From IMG/VR virus record IMGVR_UViG_3300012988_000016, positions 1-64,000 of that record: a stretch of DNA of 64,000 bases; one strand, given 5' to 3'. This document shows, piece by piece, positions 36,755 through 46,596 of this stretch. The position numbers and the translations under genes were made by a program. Each line of letters starts with the position of its first letter. Position 1 is the stretch's first letter. The notes under the pieces are model-generated. The model worked only from the letters and a program-made list of their open reading frames with translations, ran no database searches and was not told where the DNA came from.

Positions 36755-37173
36755 TGCCTAAGTTCAGTTTTGAATGTGCCTGTAGCACACAATTCACCCG
36801 CACCCTAAAGATGGGGGACCATGCGACTCATGAGTGCCCTGCTTGTGGAGCTGAGGCCCCTAGACTTTGGGAAACCTTTGGGTTTGATTTCGCCAAAGGA
36901 GGCAAGTCACCTGCCAATTCAGGAGTATCGAAGCACGATTATCCAACAGCTGACAGGGTGGTAGGAGTTGATGCTGAGTCCAGGTGGAAGGATCAAGCTG
37001 CTAGGGAAGTGGTCAAGTCCAAGGTCAGGAAACAGGTGGGGACCCACGCTTTGATTCGAAAGAATGGTAAAGACTTCATCGATTACGAGGGCGGTACTCC
37101 CGAACTGATCGAACGTCGTAAGAATTTGGCTCAAGAGGTGAGAACCATTCAGGCCAAACAAAAAGACGAGTGA
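36754..37173 (+). CDS. FmdB-family zinc-ribbon protein
   Basis: MPKFSFECAC...CPACG...RL. Confidence 0.8.
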   Translation: MPKFSFECACSTQFTRTLKMGDHATHECPACGAEAPRLWETFGFDFAKGGKSPANSGVSKHDYPTADRVVGVDAESRWKDQAAREVVKSKVRKQVGTHALIRKNGKDFIDYEGGTPELIERRKNLAQEVRTIQAKQKDE

Positions 37174-37284
37174 CCTCACTACTCCTCTTGTTTCCACGTT
37201 CTAGGTAGAACCAGATTGAGATTTAGACCCAAAGCGCCCCTAGATATGATGTAAAAACAAAAACCCTAATCAATTCGAGGCTTT

Positions 37285-40200
37285 ATGGCGATCGGCCCCT
37301 ACTCAACTTACGTTCCCCCTGGCGTCTACACCCGTACATTGTCGGATGCCAATGCTGCAAATCTGGTAGTTGGTCTTAAGATCCCAGTGGAAGTTGGGGT
37401 GGGTCAAGAGGAATTGACTCAATCCGATTACGAATTGGTGCGTGGTTCTAGCGCAGGACTGGATCAGCAGATCATCAATGAGGATGTGAGCGCCAGCTTC
37501 GTTGTGGATGACTCGAACCCCAACCACCCTATCTTGGGTTTGGCGAATGGGACATCAACACAGTTCATCGTCAGAAACGCTCCCATTGTGACGGGGCAAG
37601 GGATTGGGAAGATCTCTAACGACATCAAGACCCTCTCGGTGACGATCAACGGCGTCCCAGTAGCGGTAGGGTCGGTTCAGGGTGCAAGTGGATCGGTGTT
37701 TCTCCAGATCCCGCCCCAACCAGGAGACAACGTTCGTTGCACCTATTGGTTCCATCGTTCGGACACGAGTTTCACGGATGATGTGTCGAACCAGGTAACC
37801 ACAGTAGCCGCGTCATTGACCACACCAGGTTACGCTCCTTTCCAGGTTGTGACTGGTTTGACCGATACTTTCGTGTTCTCGGTAGATGGTACGCCCAAGA
37901 CGTTGGTCTTTGGGGCAGGTAGCTACACAGCCGTTGGCCTCAAGAGTGTGATCGATGCTGCGGCCGTGTCAGGCTTGGCTGTGTCGGTTTCGACTGACGG
38001 TCAGGGACGTGACCACCTCACCTTCACAGCTGCCCGCTCATTGTCGATCGGTGGTGGTAACGCGAACGGTGTGCTGGGTTTCTCGCCCAACACGAACACG
38101 AACCGTAACGCTACCTTCCGCGTATTTCAGCGTCCAATCGTAGACGGTACGGACGGCGGTATCACCACCACAGACCCGACTAAGGTTGTGGCGGTGGTCA
38201 ACAATGTCCAAGTGGTGGTGTCGGCTGTCGACGGTACGAACGGTTTGGTCACCCTGCCTTTCGCTCCAGCAGCTGGGTCGACGGTGAAATTGACCTACTT
38301 CGCCAACACCTGGCAGGACACATTCGACTACTTGCCCAACACACTGGTGACGGACGTGATCCGTTGCGGTTTCGCGGCAGGTCGTAACGACTACATTCAA
38401 GGCCAAGACTTCGTGGTCTCGAATCCGAGCCCGGACGTGTCGATCATCCACTGGGGCAGCAGCTTCGTTGTTTCTTCGGCTCAACACACCAGTGGCACTA
38501 CCCCCTTCAATGAGGTTCAGATCCTCCCCACCTTGGTGGATGATCGTCTCTTCTCGGTGGAAGCCACACGTGTCGTGGATACGACGGTCATCCCTGCTTT
38601 GGTGTCTTCGAACCAATTCCTCCTACCTGAGGTGCCGACCACAGGTAACGGACGTGACACGCCCCTTGGGGCAACGGTCTATGGTGCAGTATCGAACGGC
38701 CGCAATGGTCTGGATACCAATCGTCCTGACTTGGTGACGGTTCACACTGGCCGAGATTTGGTAGATGCGCTGGGCCGTGCGGCGGCGGTGGTGACGGTGG
38801 TTGATGGGGAGAATCGCAAGATCACTCTCAAGAACCCTGTTCCCCCGGATCACAAGGCGTATGCGACTTTCTGGTACAGCCGTTTGACGGATGACACGTT
38901 CATCCTGACCAACAAGGTGACGGGTCCGGTTGGTACGGGTCAGTTCGAAGTGCTTGATACCACAACAGGCAAGAACCTTTATCAGGTTCGCTTCGGAACC
39001 AAGTCTGGCCTTTCTGAGATTGTTCAATGGCCTCGCGGTTCAGAACAAGTGACGGACGGCTTCCACACGGGCGCCGGCACTCCTGTTGCTGAAACAGTCA
39101 CTGTGACGTTTGGGTCTACTTTGGCCGAAAATGCCATCTATACCAACCTAGGAGCAGCTCCTTACTCGTTCTTCCAGACCTACAGCAATAACTGGAGAAC
39201 CACCATCAATGGTAACGCCCTAGTTACCAACTTGACCACAGCTGTGCCGGCTTACTTGGTGTCAGCCAGAACCCCCACCAGCGGATCGAATTCGATCACC
39301 ATTCCAGCCTCTCCCGCCAATGTTTTCAACATTACGGTCGATGGCGTGAATGTGGCGGTGACATTGACGGCTGGCGCTAGAACACCAACACAAATTGTTG
39401 GTGAAATCAATGCAGCGATTGATGCCAACGGCGCTTTCAGCGGCACCGCTCCCAACACCTTGGCAAGTTTTGTTCAGGTGAACGGTACAAACGGTGATGT
39501 GTTCTTCGTTATCAAATCGTACACTACTCCTGGCGCACTGCCTGGTGGTTTTGATAACGCATCTACTGTGGCGATTCGTCAAGGTACGGTCGAGAATGTG
39601 CTTGGATTCAGCACCTTCCAATCGGCTCAAGGCACTCCCACAGCCACCAACAAGCCAGCCACCATGTTGGGTGGTATTGCAGGGCCGTTCAACATCACCT
39701 CTGGTGTCAACGATGTGTTGACCTTCCGTCTAAACGGAATCGACTACACCACGACCTTGCCAGCAGGTGCCGCGGTTACGGCTTCTTCAGTGGTGACCGC
39801 CATCAACAGCACCCCTGGTTTGACAGGTGTTGCTTCAGCGGGTACTTTGGGCAACCTGAACAAGATTCGTCTAACCAGCACAGTGGCGGATCCAAGCTCC
39901 AGCATTGTGATGTTGGATGGTTCGGCCAACGATGTGTTGGGCTTCCTTGATGATGCGACAGCTAGCCAAACACTAGTTGCGGCTTCTGAGGTGGTGGATG
40001 CCCTAAACGCTACCTCAGGCTTCTCGGCCCGCGGTGTGGCGTACGTCAGCACCATCAATGGCTCACAGTATGTGACCATTGAGTCTCTGACGGTCGGTGC
40101 TGCAACATCAAGCATCGTATTTGTCAGTGGTTCGGCCTCGGCCTTCAACCCCACTACTGGAACTGGAATCGTTCCAGGAACTAGCGGTGACAATGGTGCT

Positions 40201-41550
40201 GATGCTCAGGACAAGTTCACTGTCAGCTCGAACAATGCAAGCGGTTCGGCTGGTTCTGGTATCCCAGGTCAGACCTACACAGATGCAAGGACGGGGCTAC
40301 GTTTCACCGTACTGCCTGCCACAGACGGCAGCTACACTTCTTCAGGCTTCTTTACCTTGGAAGTGTCCCCAACCTGGAAGGTCAATCCAGCAGTTCCGTA
40401 CTTGTCGCTTCCAGGTTTGGAAACGGTGGTTACCGACACGGTTGGTATTGGGGTGAACGACACCGCTACTGTCAACACTTTCAATCCTTCTGGACTGGAA
40501 CCAGCGATAGGCGACTTCTACTTCGTCACCTACAATTTCAGGAAGCAGGACTTTTCGACCAAACTTTATCAACAGTTCAAGACTGTGGAGGCCAATTTCG
40601 GGCCTCTCTCGGCTGAGAACAAGGTAACGTTGGGTGCCTACCTGATGATCCTCAACGGAGCCGTGTTGGTGGGTATCAAGCAGGTGCTGAAGGTTCAAAA
40701 CACCAATCAAGCTAGCGATCAAGACTTCATTGAAGCGATCAGTGAGCTTTCGATCCCTCTGCCTGGTAACGTCAAGCCGGATGTGTTGGTGCCTCTAACG
40801 GGAAGCAGCACGGTTTTCGCGGCCCTCATGCAGCACTGTGAAATTCAGTCTAATGAGCGCAACCAGTCAGAACGCATGGGCTTCGTCGGGTTCTCGTCGG
40901 GCACCACTCCAACCACTGCTCAATCGGTGGCCAGGAGCTTGCTCTCGAAGCGTATGATGGCTTTCTACCCCGACAGTGCGGTCATCACGCTTTCGGATCA
41001 GTTGGGTGCCAGCTACGAGACTTTGGTGGATGGTTCGTTCATCGCGGCCGCTATTGCGGGCGCGGCTTGTTCACCAGCCGTCGATGTGGCGACTCCCTAC
41101 ACCCGTCGTCGCATCCAAGGGTTCACCCGTATTCCTCGGATTTTGGATCCGATTACGGCCAATCAAACGGCGGTCGCTGGCATCACTCTCTTGGAGGACT
41201 TGGATCCTTTGATCCGTATCCGCCAAGGTTTGACGACCGATATGTCGGACATCTTGAAGCGTCTGCCGACCGTCACTCAGATTGGCGACTACGTTCAGCA
41301 GCAAAGCCGCGTAGCTCTGGACAGCTTCATCGGTACCAAGTTCCTCGCTAGCCGCACTAGTGAGGTTGAGGTCTCGATGACGGCCCTGTTCAAGCAGTTG
41401 GTTCAAGCTGAGATCGTCGGTGGTTGGATGGGGATCTCGGCCACCATCAACCCCATCGACCCGACGGTTATGGACTTCGAAGCTTGGTACCAGCCAATCT
41501 TCCCGCTCTTGTACATCCAGATGACGTTCTACCTCAGAGCTCGCATCTGA
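37285..41550 (+). CDS. Contractile tail sheath protein with large insertions
   Basis: N-terminal PPGVYT; sheath-type C-terminus (RMGFVG...FYP...AGITLLE...IRIRQGLTT...FIGTK...FEAWYQPIFPLLYIQMTF); 1421 aa. Confidence 0.92.
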   Translation: MAIGPYSTYVPPGVYTRTLSDANAANLVVGLKIPVEVGVGQEELTQSDYELVRGSSAGLDQQIINEDVSASFVVDDSNPNHPILGLANGTSTQFIVRNAPIVTGQGIGKISNDIKTLSVTINGVPVAVGSVQGASGSVFLQIPPQPGDNVRCTYWFHRSDTSFTDDVSNQVTTVAASLTTPGYAPFQVVTGLTDTFVFSVDGTPKTLVFGAGSYTAVGLKSVIDAAAVSGLAVSVSTDGQGRDHLTFTAARSLSIGGGNANGVLGFSPNTNTNRNATFRVFQRPIVDGTDGGITTTDPTKVVAVVNNVQVVVSAVDGTNGLVTLPFAPAAGSTVKLTYFANTWQDTFDYLPNTLVTDVIRCGFAAGRNDYIQGQDFVVSNPSPDVSIIHWGSSFVVSSAQHTSGTTPFNEVQILPTLVDDRLFSVEATRVVDTTVIPALVSSNQFLLPEVPTTGNGRDTPLGATVYGAVSNGRNGLDTNRPDLVTVHTGRDLVDALGRAAAVVTVVDGENRKITLKNPVPPDHKAYATFWYSRLTDDTFILTNKVTGPVGTGQFEVLDTTTGKNLYQVRFGTKSGLSEIVQWPRGSEQVTDGFHTGAGTPVAETVTVTFGSTLAENAIYTNLGAAPYSFFQTYSNNWRTTINGNALVTNLTTAVPAYLVSARTPTSGSNSITIPASPANVFNITVDGVNVAVTLTAGARTPTQIVGEINAAIDANGAFSGTAPNTLASFVQVNGTNGDVFFVIKSYTTPGALPGGFDNASTVAIRQGTVENVLGFSTFQSAQGTPTATNKPATMLGGIAGPFNITSGVNDVLTFRLNGIDYTTTLPAGAAVTASSVVTAINSTPGLTGVASAGTLGNLNKIRLTSTVADPSSSIVMLDGSANDVLGFLDDATASQTLVAASEVVDALNATSGFSARGVAYVSTINGSQYVTIESLTVGAATSSIVFVSGSASAFNPTTGTGIVPGTSGDNGADAQDKFTVSSNNASGSAGSGIPGQTYTDARTGLRFTVLPATDGSYTSSGFFTLEVSPTWKVNPAVPYLSLPGLETVVTDTVGIGVNDTATVNTFNPSGLEPAIGDFYFVTYNFRKQDFSTKLYQQFKTVEANFGPLSAENKVTLGAYLMILNGAVLVGIKQVLKVQNTNQASDQDFIEAISELSIPLPGNVKPDVLVPLTGSSTVFAALMQHCEIQSNERNQSERMGFVGFSSGTTPTTAQSVARSLLSKRMMAFYPDSAVITLSDQLGASYETLVDGSFIAAAIAGAACSPAVDVATPYTRRRIQGFTRIPRILDPITANQTAVAGITLLEDLDPLIRIRQGLTTDMSDILKRLPTVTQIGDYVQQQSRVALDSFIGTKFLASRTSEVEVSMTALFKQLVQAEIVGGWMGISATINPIDPTVMDFEAWYQPIFPLLYIQMTFYLRARI

Positions 41551-41571
41551 GAAGATAGCGTCTGATTAGGC

Positions 41572-41614
41572 CAAAGGGTCGGTGCTCAAACGAGTATCCG
41601 ACCCTTTGCTTTTG
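41572..41614 (+). terminator. Intrinsic terminator after the sheath gene
   Basis: CAAAGGGTCGGTGCTC-AAAC-GAGTATCCGACCCTTTG followed by CTTTT. Confidence 0.85.
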
Positions 41615-41686
41615 GTGTATTTCTATTATCTGAAATCTAGCTTGCGAGGCTAAAGTTTCGGAATTCTTAGCCGTTATAGGACAAGC

Positions 41687-44600
41687 ATGGAACGTTGGGC
41701 TGAAACGAGCGAAGACGAGCTGATTGGCGAATTCCAAGTAGCCGAGTATTTGATCTTTCTGTTCGCACTGGATACCTATCTGAGGTATTCGGAGGAAACG
41801 ACGGGCCAAGACCAGTTGGAAGGGGATACGATCCGGAAAGGGGTCACCATCCTTCGTCTGGCCGATCATTCGTTAGATTCGATCAAGTCTTACCTTGACA
41901 ATCACTTGCCCTCGCCCACCCACAAGATGATGCTCAATCGGGCGATCAATATCTCGATCTCTACCGCGAATGGAGTGGCGAGACGAGCCCTCCAGTTCCG
42001 GACCTTGCTTTCTCGTGGCGGTCCCTCGACCATGAAGGGTATCTTCGATACCACCAAATACATCCGTCAGGTGCGTGAAGCCATCAGTGCGTCGATGTTG
42101 GAAGATGCCGATCGTGCGCTCGATATTTTTGCCGCTTTGCCGATGCGAAATACTCGTATGCGGGCTTGGATAGATCTGGCGGCCAAGGTGGCAGGTTCGG
42201 GAGAGGCCGCTCCTAGTGCGGTAGACGCTGGCTCAAGAGAGGCTGGAGAAACCTCCACCGAACTGGTGATTCATCAGGTGCAACAGATCGCCGCTTCTGG
42301 CGCGGATGAATCGCTCAAATCTCAAGAGGCTCAAGCAGAACTGTTGGATACGGTTGAGCGAGAGGCCACCAACGCAGCCAGACGATCGCTTGAGATCAAT
42401 TCTCAATCTGATGAGCCTCCCACTCGTTCGGAAGTGGTTGGCGTGGCGGTAGCGGCCGCTACTGCGGCGATGAGTGACCCGTCCAAACCACAGAACATCC
42501 CCACTCCTTTGCGCCGCTTGGACGACGAGCAACGTGCCGCCGCTTTGACGGATGGCAAAGTGAGGGTGGCGGCCGGTGCGGGTAGCGGTAAGACTTCTAC
42601 GGTTGTGGCTCGTGTCGAATACCTGATCAAAGAACGTCGAGTTCTACCTAGCCGAATCTTGGTGACAAGCTTCAACAATAAGGCTTCTGAGGAGCTGAAA
42701 GAGCGTCTTGGAAAAGCGGTGGGCGGTGAGTCGCTCCAACAGATGAGTGTAGGGACCATGCACTCTCTGTTCAAACGCTTCATTGGTGAGTACGGCACCA
42801 ATGCTGAGAAGGTCACCATGGGACAGTTGAAGAACGGCCCCAACGGCTTCATTGGGGACGGTAAGAAGATCGGTTATGCGGTCCAGAATATTTGGGAGGA
42901 TTGCTACGGGAAACAGAAACCAATTCCGAAGCTTCAATCTGTTTTATTGCTGAAAGCTCAATGGGCGGGAAACCACGTTACGCCCCTCGAAGCGGCCGCA
43001 AAAGCACGATCCTCCTCAGAAAGGGATGCAGCTCTTTGGTATGAGATGTACGAAGGCCTCAAAGGTTCGATTCCTGGTTGGAAACCCGTTTGCCATTCAA
43101 AGAGCTACGAATCTTTCATGACAAAGGTGCGCCCAAACAACATCCCGTTGGGCGACTTCTCCGACATGTTGTCTACCTTTCTCAAGATCCTGAAGCGTGA
43201 ACCCAGGGTCCAAATCACCATCCAGAAGATGTACGACCACATCATTGTGGATGAAGCCCAGGACCGTAATTCGGTCATGAAAGAGGTTTTGGATCTGTGT
43301 GCTGGACACGTGACCGATGGATCTGACGGCAAATCCTACTGGGTGGTGGGCGACGATAAGCAGGCCATCAATAGCTTCCAAGGGGCTCGCTCCGAATTGT
43401 TCATCAATATGGGTGAGGAAGATGGTTGGAAGACCCGCTCAATCCGCACCAACTACCGTTGCGAACCTGAATTGGTGGATGCTGCCAACAAGCTGATCGC
43501 TCACAATAAGGGCCAGATTGAGATGGAATCGGTGCCTAACCCTCAGAAGGTTCGTGGTTCCGGTAGCATTCAGGTAGTCACTCCTATGGATGAGGCGGGG
43601 GCGGCTCTGGGAGTCGTAGAGGGCATCAAACAGAACCTCGTCTTGGGTGCCAATGTGACAGACCACGCGGTATTGACCCGAACCAACAAGGAACTTCACG
43701 CCTACGAGACTGCTTGCATCATTCGAGGAGTTCCGTATGCCCGTAAGGGTGCATCATCTTTCTTGGGGTCTCCAGAGACGACTGCTTTGCTGGGGTACGT
43801 GCAGTTGGTGACTGGTTCTGACTTCACCAAAATGCAGAAGGCGTTGGGCAATGCGATCAACAAGCCTCGCCGATTCTTCTTGACCGACCCCAAGAAAGCG
43901 CCTGAGGCGGTTGAAGCGGCACTCTCTGCCTATGCACGTCAACGAGACGTTGACGTGAAGTCGATCAATCCGATGACGGCCCTTCAGGATCGGTCCTTTG
44001 TGCGTCACTTGGTGGACGCTTTGGCCAAACTGACCCGTTCTGGAAAAGCCTTCAAGTTCGAAGAAAAGATCGAAGACTTGGCCCAATCTTTGCAGGAAAT
44101 GAAGGCCCTGACTACTGACCCAGATTACACTACCAAGAATCTGTTTGACGATATCTTGGGTCTCAAAGGCACGGGCATCGTTGGTGGGGCGTTCGTCGAA
44201 CAGTCGTTCCGTGAGTCTCTTCAGGCTGACTTGAAAAACTCCACCTCTGCAGACGATGACGAGGCGGTAGATGAGGATGACGAGGAAGACAGCACCCAAG
44301 GGTTGGGTAACATTTCGTTCCTCTACCAGTTGGCGTTGCCCGATCCGACGGATGAGGACGATGAACTGAACCCGCCCACCACCCCCATGGGGTTCAAGCA
44401 GAAGATGGAACGCTACGCTTCCAAGATGAAGGATCTACGTACCGACATCACCAAGTGGTACAAGGAACAGTCCGCCTTGCCGCCAGAAAAGCGTTCTCCT
44501 CCACCAGGTGTCTATCTGGGCACGTGTCACTCGACCAAGGGAGCTCAGTGGCCTACCGTGTTCGTGGCTATGCCGGCCGGCAAATTCCCCATGGTGCCGA

Positions 44601-44878
44601 TCGTCAAACCAGGGGAAGAACCACCACCTCCAGAGGAAGTGGAGCAAAAGTTGGAAGACGAGCGTCGTCTGGCTTACGTGGCGATCACGAGGGCAGCGAA
44701 GAACTTGACGATCGTCTGCCCCAGTAGTGTGGGTGGCAAGGCAGGCGGAGTTAGCGAATTCGTGTACGAGGCCGGCCTCAACTTGGGTCAAAATATCAAG
44801 CCGGCAGAGCCTAATGAAAAGCAAGCTTTCGACGTAAGCAATGTTGATTGGCAACCTCATGATGGGATGGATGCCTGA
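41687..44878 (+). CDS. uvrD: UvrD/PcrA-like SF1 helicase with an N-terminal extension of about 270 aa
   Basis: AGAGSGKT, HIIVDEAQD, VGDDKQAINSFQGA, TNYRC, HSTKG and ERRLAYVAITRA motifs. Confidence 0.93.
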   Translation: MERWAETSEDELIGEFQVAEYLIFLFALDTYLRYSEETTGQDQLEGDTIRKGVTILRLADHSLDSIKSYLDNHLPSPTHKMMLNRAINISISTANGVARRALQFRTLLSRGGPSTMKGIFDTTKYIRQVREAISASMLEDADRALDIFAALPMRNTRMRAWIDLAAKVAGSGEAAPSAVDAGSREAGETSTELVIHQVQQIAASGADESLKSQEAQAELLDTVEREATNAARRSLEINSQSDEPPTRSEVVGVAVAAATAAMSDPSKPQNIPTPLRRLDDEQRAAALTDGKVRVAAGAGSGKTSTVVARVEYLIKERRVLPSRILVTSFNNKASEELKERLGKAVGGESLQQMSVGTMHSLFKRFIGEYGTNAEKVTMGQLKNGPNGFIGDGKKIGYAVQNIWEDCYGKQKPIPKLQSVLLLKAQWAGNHVTPLEAAAKARSSSERDAALWYEMYEGLKGSIPGWKPVCHSKSYESFMTKVRPNNIPLGDFSDMLSTFLKILKREPRVQITIQKMYDHIIVDEAQDRNSVMKEVLDLCAGHVTDGSDGKSYWVVGDDKQAINSFQGARSELFINMGEEDGWKTRSIRTNYRCEPELVDAANKLIAHNKGQIEMESVPNPQKVRGSGSIQVVTPMDEAGAALGVVEGIKQNLVLGANVTDHAVLTRTNKELHAYETACIIRGVPYARKGASSFLGSPETTALLGYVQLVTGSDFTKMQKALGNAINKPRRFFLTDPKKAPEAVEAALSAYARQRDVDVKSINPMTALQDRSFVRHLVDALAKLTRSGKAFKFEEKIEDLAQSLQEMKALTTDPDYTTKNLFDDILGLKGTGIVGGAFVEQSFRESLQADLKNSTSADDDEAVDEDDEEDSTQGLGNISFLYQLALPDPTDEDDELNPPTTPMGFKQKMERYASKMKDLRTDITKWYKEQSALPPEKRSPPPGVYLGTCHSTKGAQWPTVFVAMPAGKFPMVPIVKPGEEPPPPEEVEQKLEDERRLAYVAITRAAKNLTIVCPSSVGGKAGGVSEFVYEAGLNLGQNIKPAEPNEKQAFDVSNVDWQPHDGMDA

Positions 44879-45534
44879 TGGCCGCTCAATACACTGAAGT
44901 CACTCTCCAAGACATGGAAACCTTTCTCAAGCGGGGCTTCCGTGCGCTCCGTCCTCAGAAAGGACACTCAAATGGAGGGGAGTACTATTACGACCTCCAA
45001 CTAAGTGATGCGGTCCATCTGAGGATTTGGACCTCAATCCGTAAGTCCTCCGATATGGGAGCCGGGGTGGGGGAAGACGCGATCCGTGTGCAGATGATGG
45101 GTGTCAAGTCCAACAGGCCTTTGATGAAAGGCAAGGCTCCCATCGTCAAGCGAACGCAGGGCTGGAAAAACTCTCTTCAGAACCGCATTGAAGACGCAAT
45201 TGAGGCTTATGAGGAAAAGCCTGAGTACTGGGATGCCAGCGGCAGCAAGTCTCCAGAGACCCCCAAGACGACCGAACCGTCCACCAGTGCACCGGTTCCT
45301 TCTGGCGGCCCCCGAGCGACTGATCCTCAGCTCAAATATTTGGGGTTCCTCACTTCAAGGATTCGTAGTGCAGAACAGTGGGCACCCTACGCCAAGATGT
45401 TCCCTGATTTGAAGTGGCCGTTCACGCGAGACGATCTTCGCAAACTGTCGATCCGTCAAGCCGCCACTTTGATTGATCTTCTGAAGAACAGCGGGGGCAG
45501 CCGCTATGCCGATGATTACGACTACAGCCGTTGA
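44878..45534 (+). CDS. Hypothetical two-domain protein
   Basis: N-terminal RIWTSI...GEDAIRV domain; C-terminal ATDPQLKYL...QAATLIDLL motif. Confidence 0.7.
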   Translation: MAAQYTEVTLQDMETFLKRGFRALRPQKGHSNGGEYYYDLQLSDAVHLRIWTSIRKSSDMGAGVGEDAIRVQMMGVKSNRPLMKGKAPIVKRTQGWKNSLQNRIEDAIEAYEEKPEYWDASGSKSPETPKTTEPSTSAPVPSGGPRATDPQLKYLGFLTSRIRSAEQWAPYAKMFPDLKWPFTRDDLRKLSIRQAATLIDLLKNSGGSRYADDYDYSR

Positions 45535-45552
45535 TCTGGTGTAGGTGCAGAG

Positions 45553-46386
45553 GTGGAATCTATAGACCTTAAGGTAGTTCTGGATCCAAATCTACCTCAG
45601 GTGGTCAATTCGGTGGTGGGGTTTGGGGAATTCACAACTGAGGACCCCACTACTGAGACAGCTCTCTACCAACTACTCGAACTGCCTAGATTCCATCGAG
45701 ACTTGATCTTGGGGCGGCCCTTCCCCCTGGTGTTCGTGTCAAGAGGGTTGGCCAACCTAGGGACCATTTTTGCCATCGCTCTCTTTCTCAAAAGAGAGAT
45801 TGCCATCAATCCGTCGATCCCTGGCCTGGTGGCGGCAGTCGACTTGGTGGACCAATATGGTGTGGGTGGAATGGCCCACATCGACCGAGATTTGGCACGA
45901 TTCTTTCGACTCCTTAGGGCCTATCTATCTGACACTCCTCAAAGCAGTCTTGAGGTGCGTCTCAATACGGTGTTGGAGTGGATCTACCAGTATGTAGGTG
46001 ATGGGGGCCTTCCAGCTCTGACAGCAGACGACGCTCACCCGAACATCATCGACCGAGGTACGAACGGCTTCGTTTTGGCGGAAGTTGAGCGTTGGGGGCA
46101 GGGCTCTTTGGAAGCCGGTTGGGAAGAACTGTATCGGGAGGGGTATCTAAGAGGAGCCGTTTTTAGCCCCATGCATAAAGAGACTGGGCGTAGGATGGTG
46201 TTAGGAGCTCGCAAGAGCGGGTATCTGACGTTCAACCTACTGATGGCGGCCCAAGCCCTCAATGATGCGGAAGACTCGATGGGGGAGCCCGCAGAATGGG
46301 TCTCCGATGGCTTATGGCTCAGATCCCCTCCTAATGGGACGCTGATCCCCATCTCGGCCTTGACCCAGTTGTTGATTCGCCTGTAG
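45553..46386 (+). CDS. Hypothetical protein, possibly a degenerate DHH/MYG1-like fold
   Basis: LVAAVDLVDQYG and W...LRSPPNGT resemble DHH-like families, but there is no DHH motif. Confidence 0.5.
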   Translation: MESIDLKVVLDPNLPQVVNSVVGFGEFTTEDPTTETALYQLLELPRFHRDLILGRPFPLVFVSRGLANLGTIFAIALFLKREIAINPSIPGLVAAVDLVDQYGVGGMAHIDRDLARFFRLLRAYLSDTPQSSLEVRLNTVLEWIYQYVGDGGLPALTADDAHPNIIDRGTNGFVLAEVERWGQGSLEAGWEELYREGYLRGAVFSPMHKETGRRMVLGARKSGYLTFNLLMAAQALNDAEDSMGEPAEWVSDGLWLRSPPNGTLIPISALTQLLIRL

Positions 46387-46422
46387 GGTTAACTTATCTC
46401 CATGGTTTCCGTTCTACCTGAC

Positions 46423-46548
46423 ATGGAACAGTTGATTGAGAAGGTCAGCATCGAGGAAATGGGTGAAGACCCTCGTCCGTGCATTTGGCTGGTGTCGGAA
46501 TCCAAAACTCCCGATATCGAGCTGGATGAAGACGACTTTCCGTTCTGA
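46423..46548 (+). CDS. Small acidic protein (41 aa) missed by the ORF track
   Basis: MEQLIEKVSIEEMGEDPRPCIWLVSESKTPDIELDEDDFPF fills the intergenic gap. Confidence 0.45.
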   Translation: MEQLIEKVSIEEMGEDPRPCIWLVSESKTPDIELDEDDFPF

Positions 46549-46596
46549 TTGTCTGTGATCCCCCAATAGAGCTTTCGTGCCCCGCCACAAGTAGGC

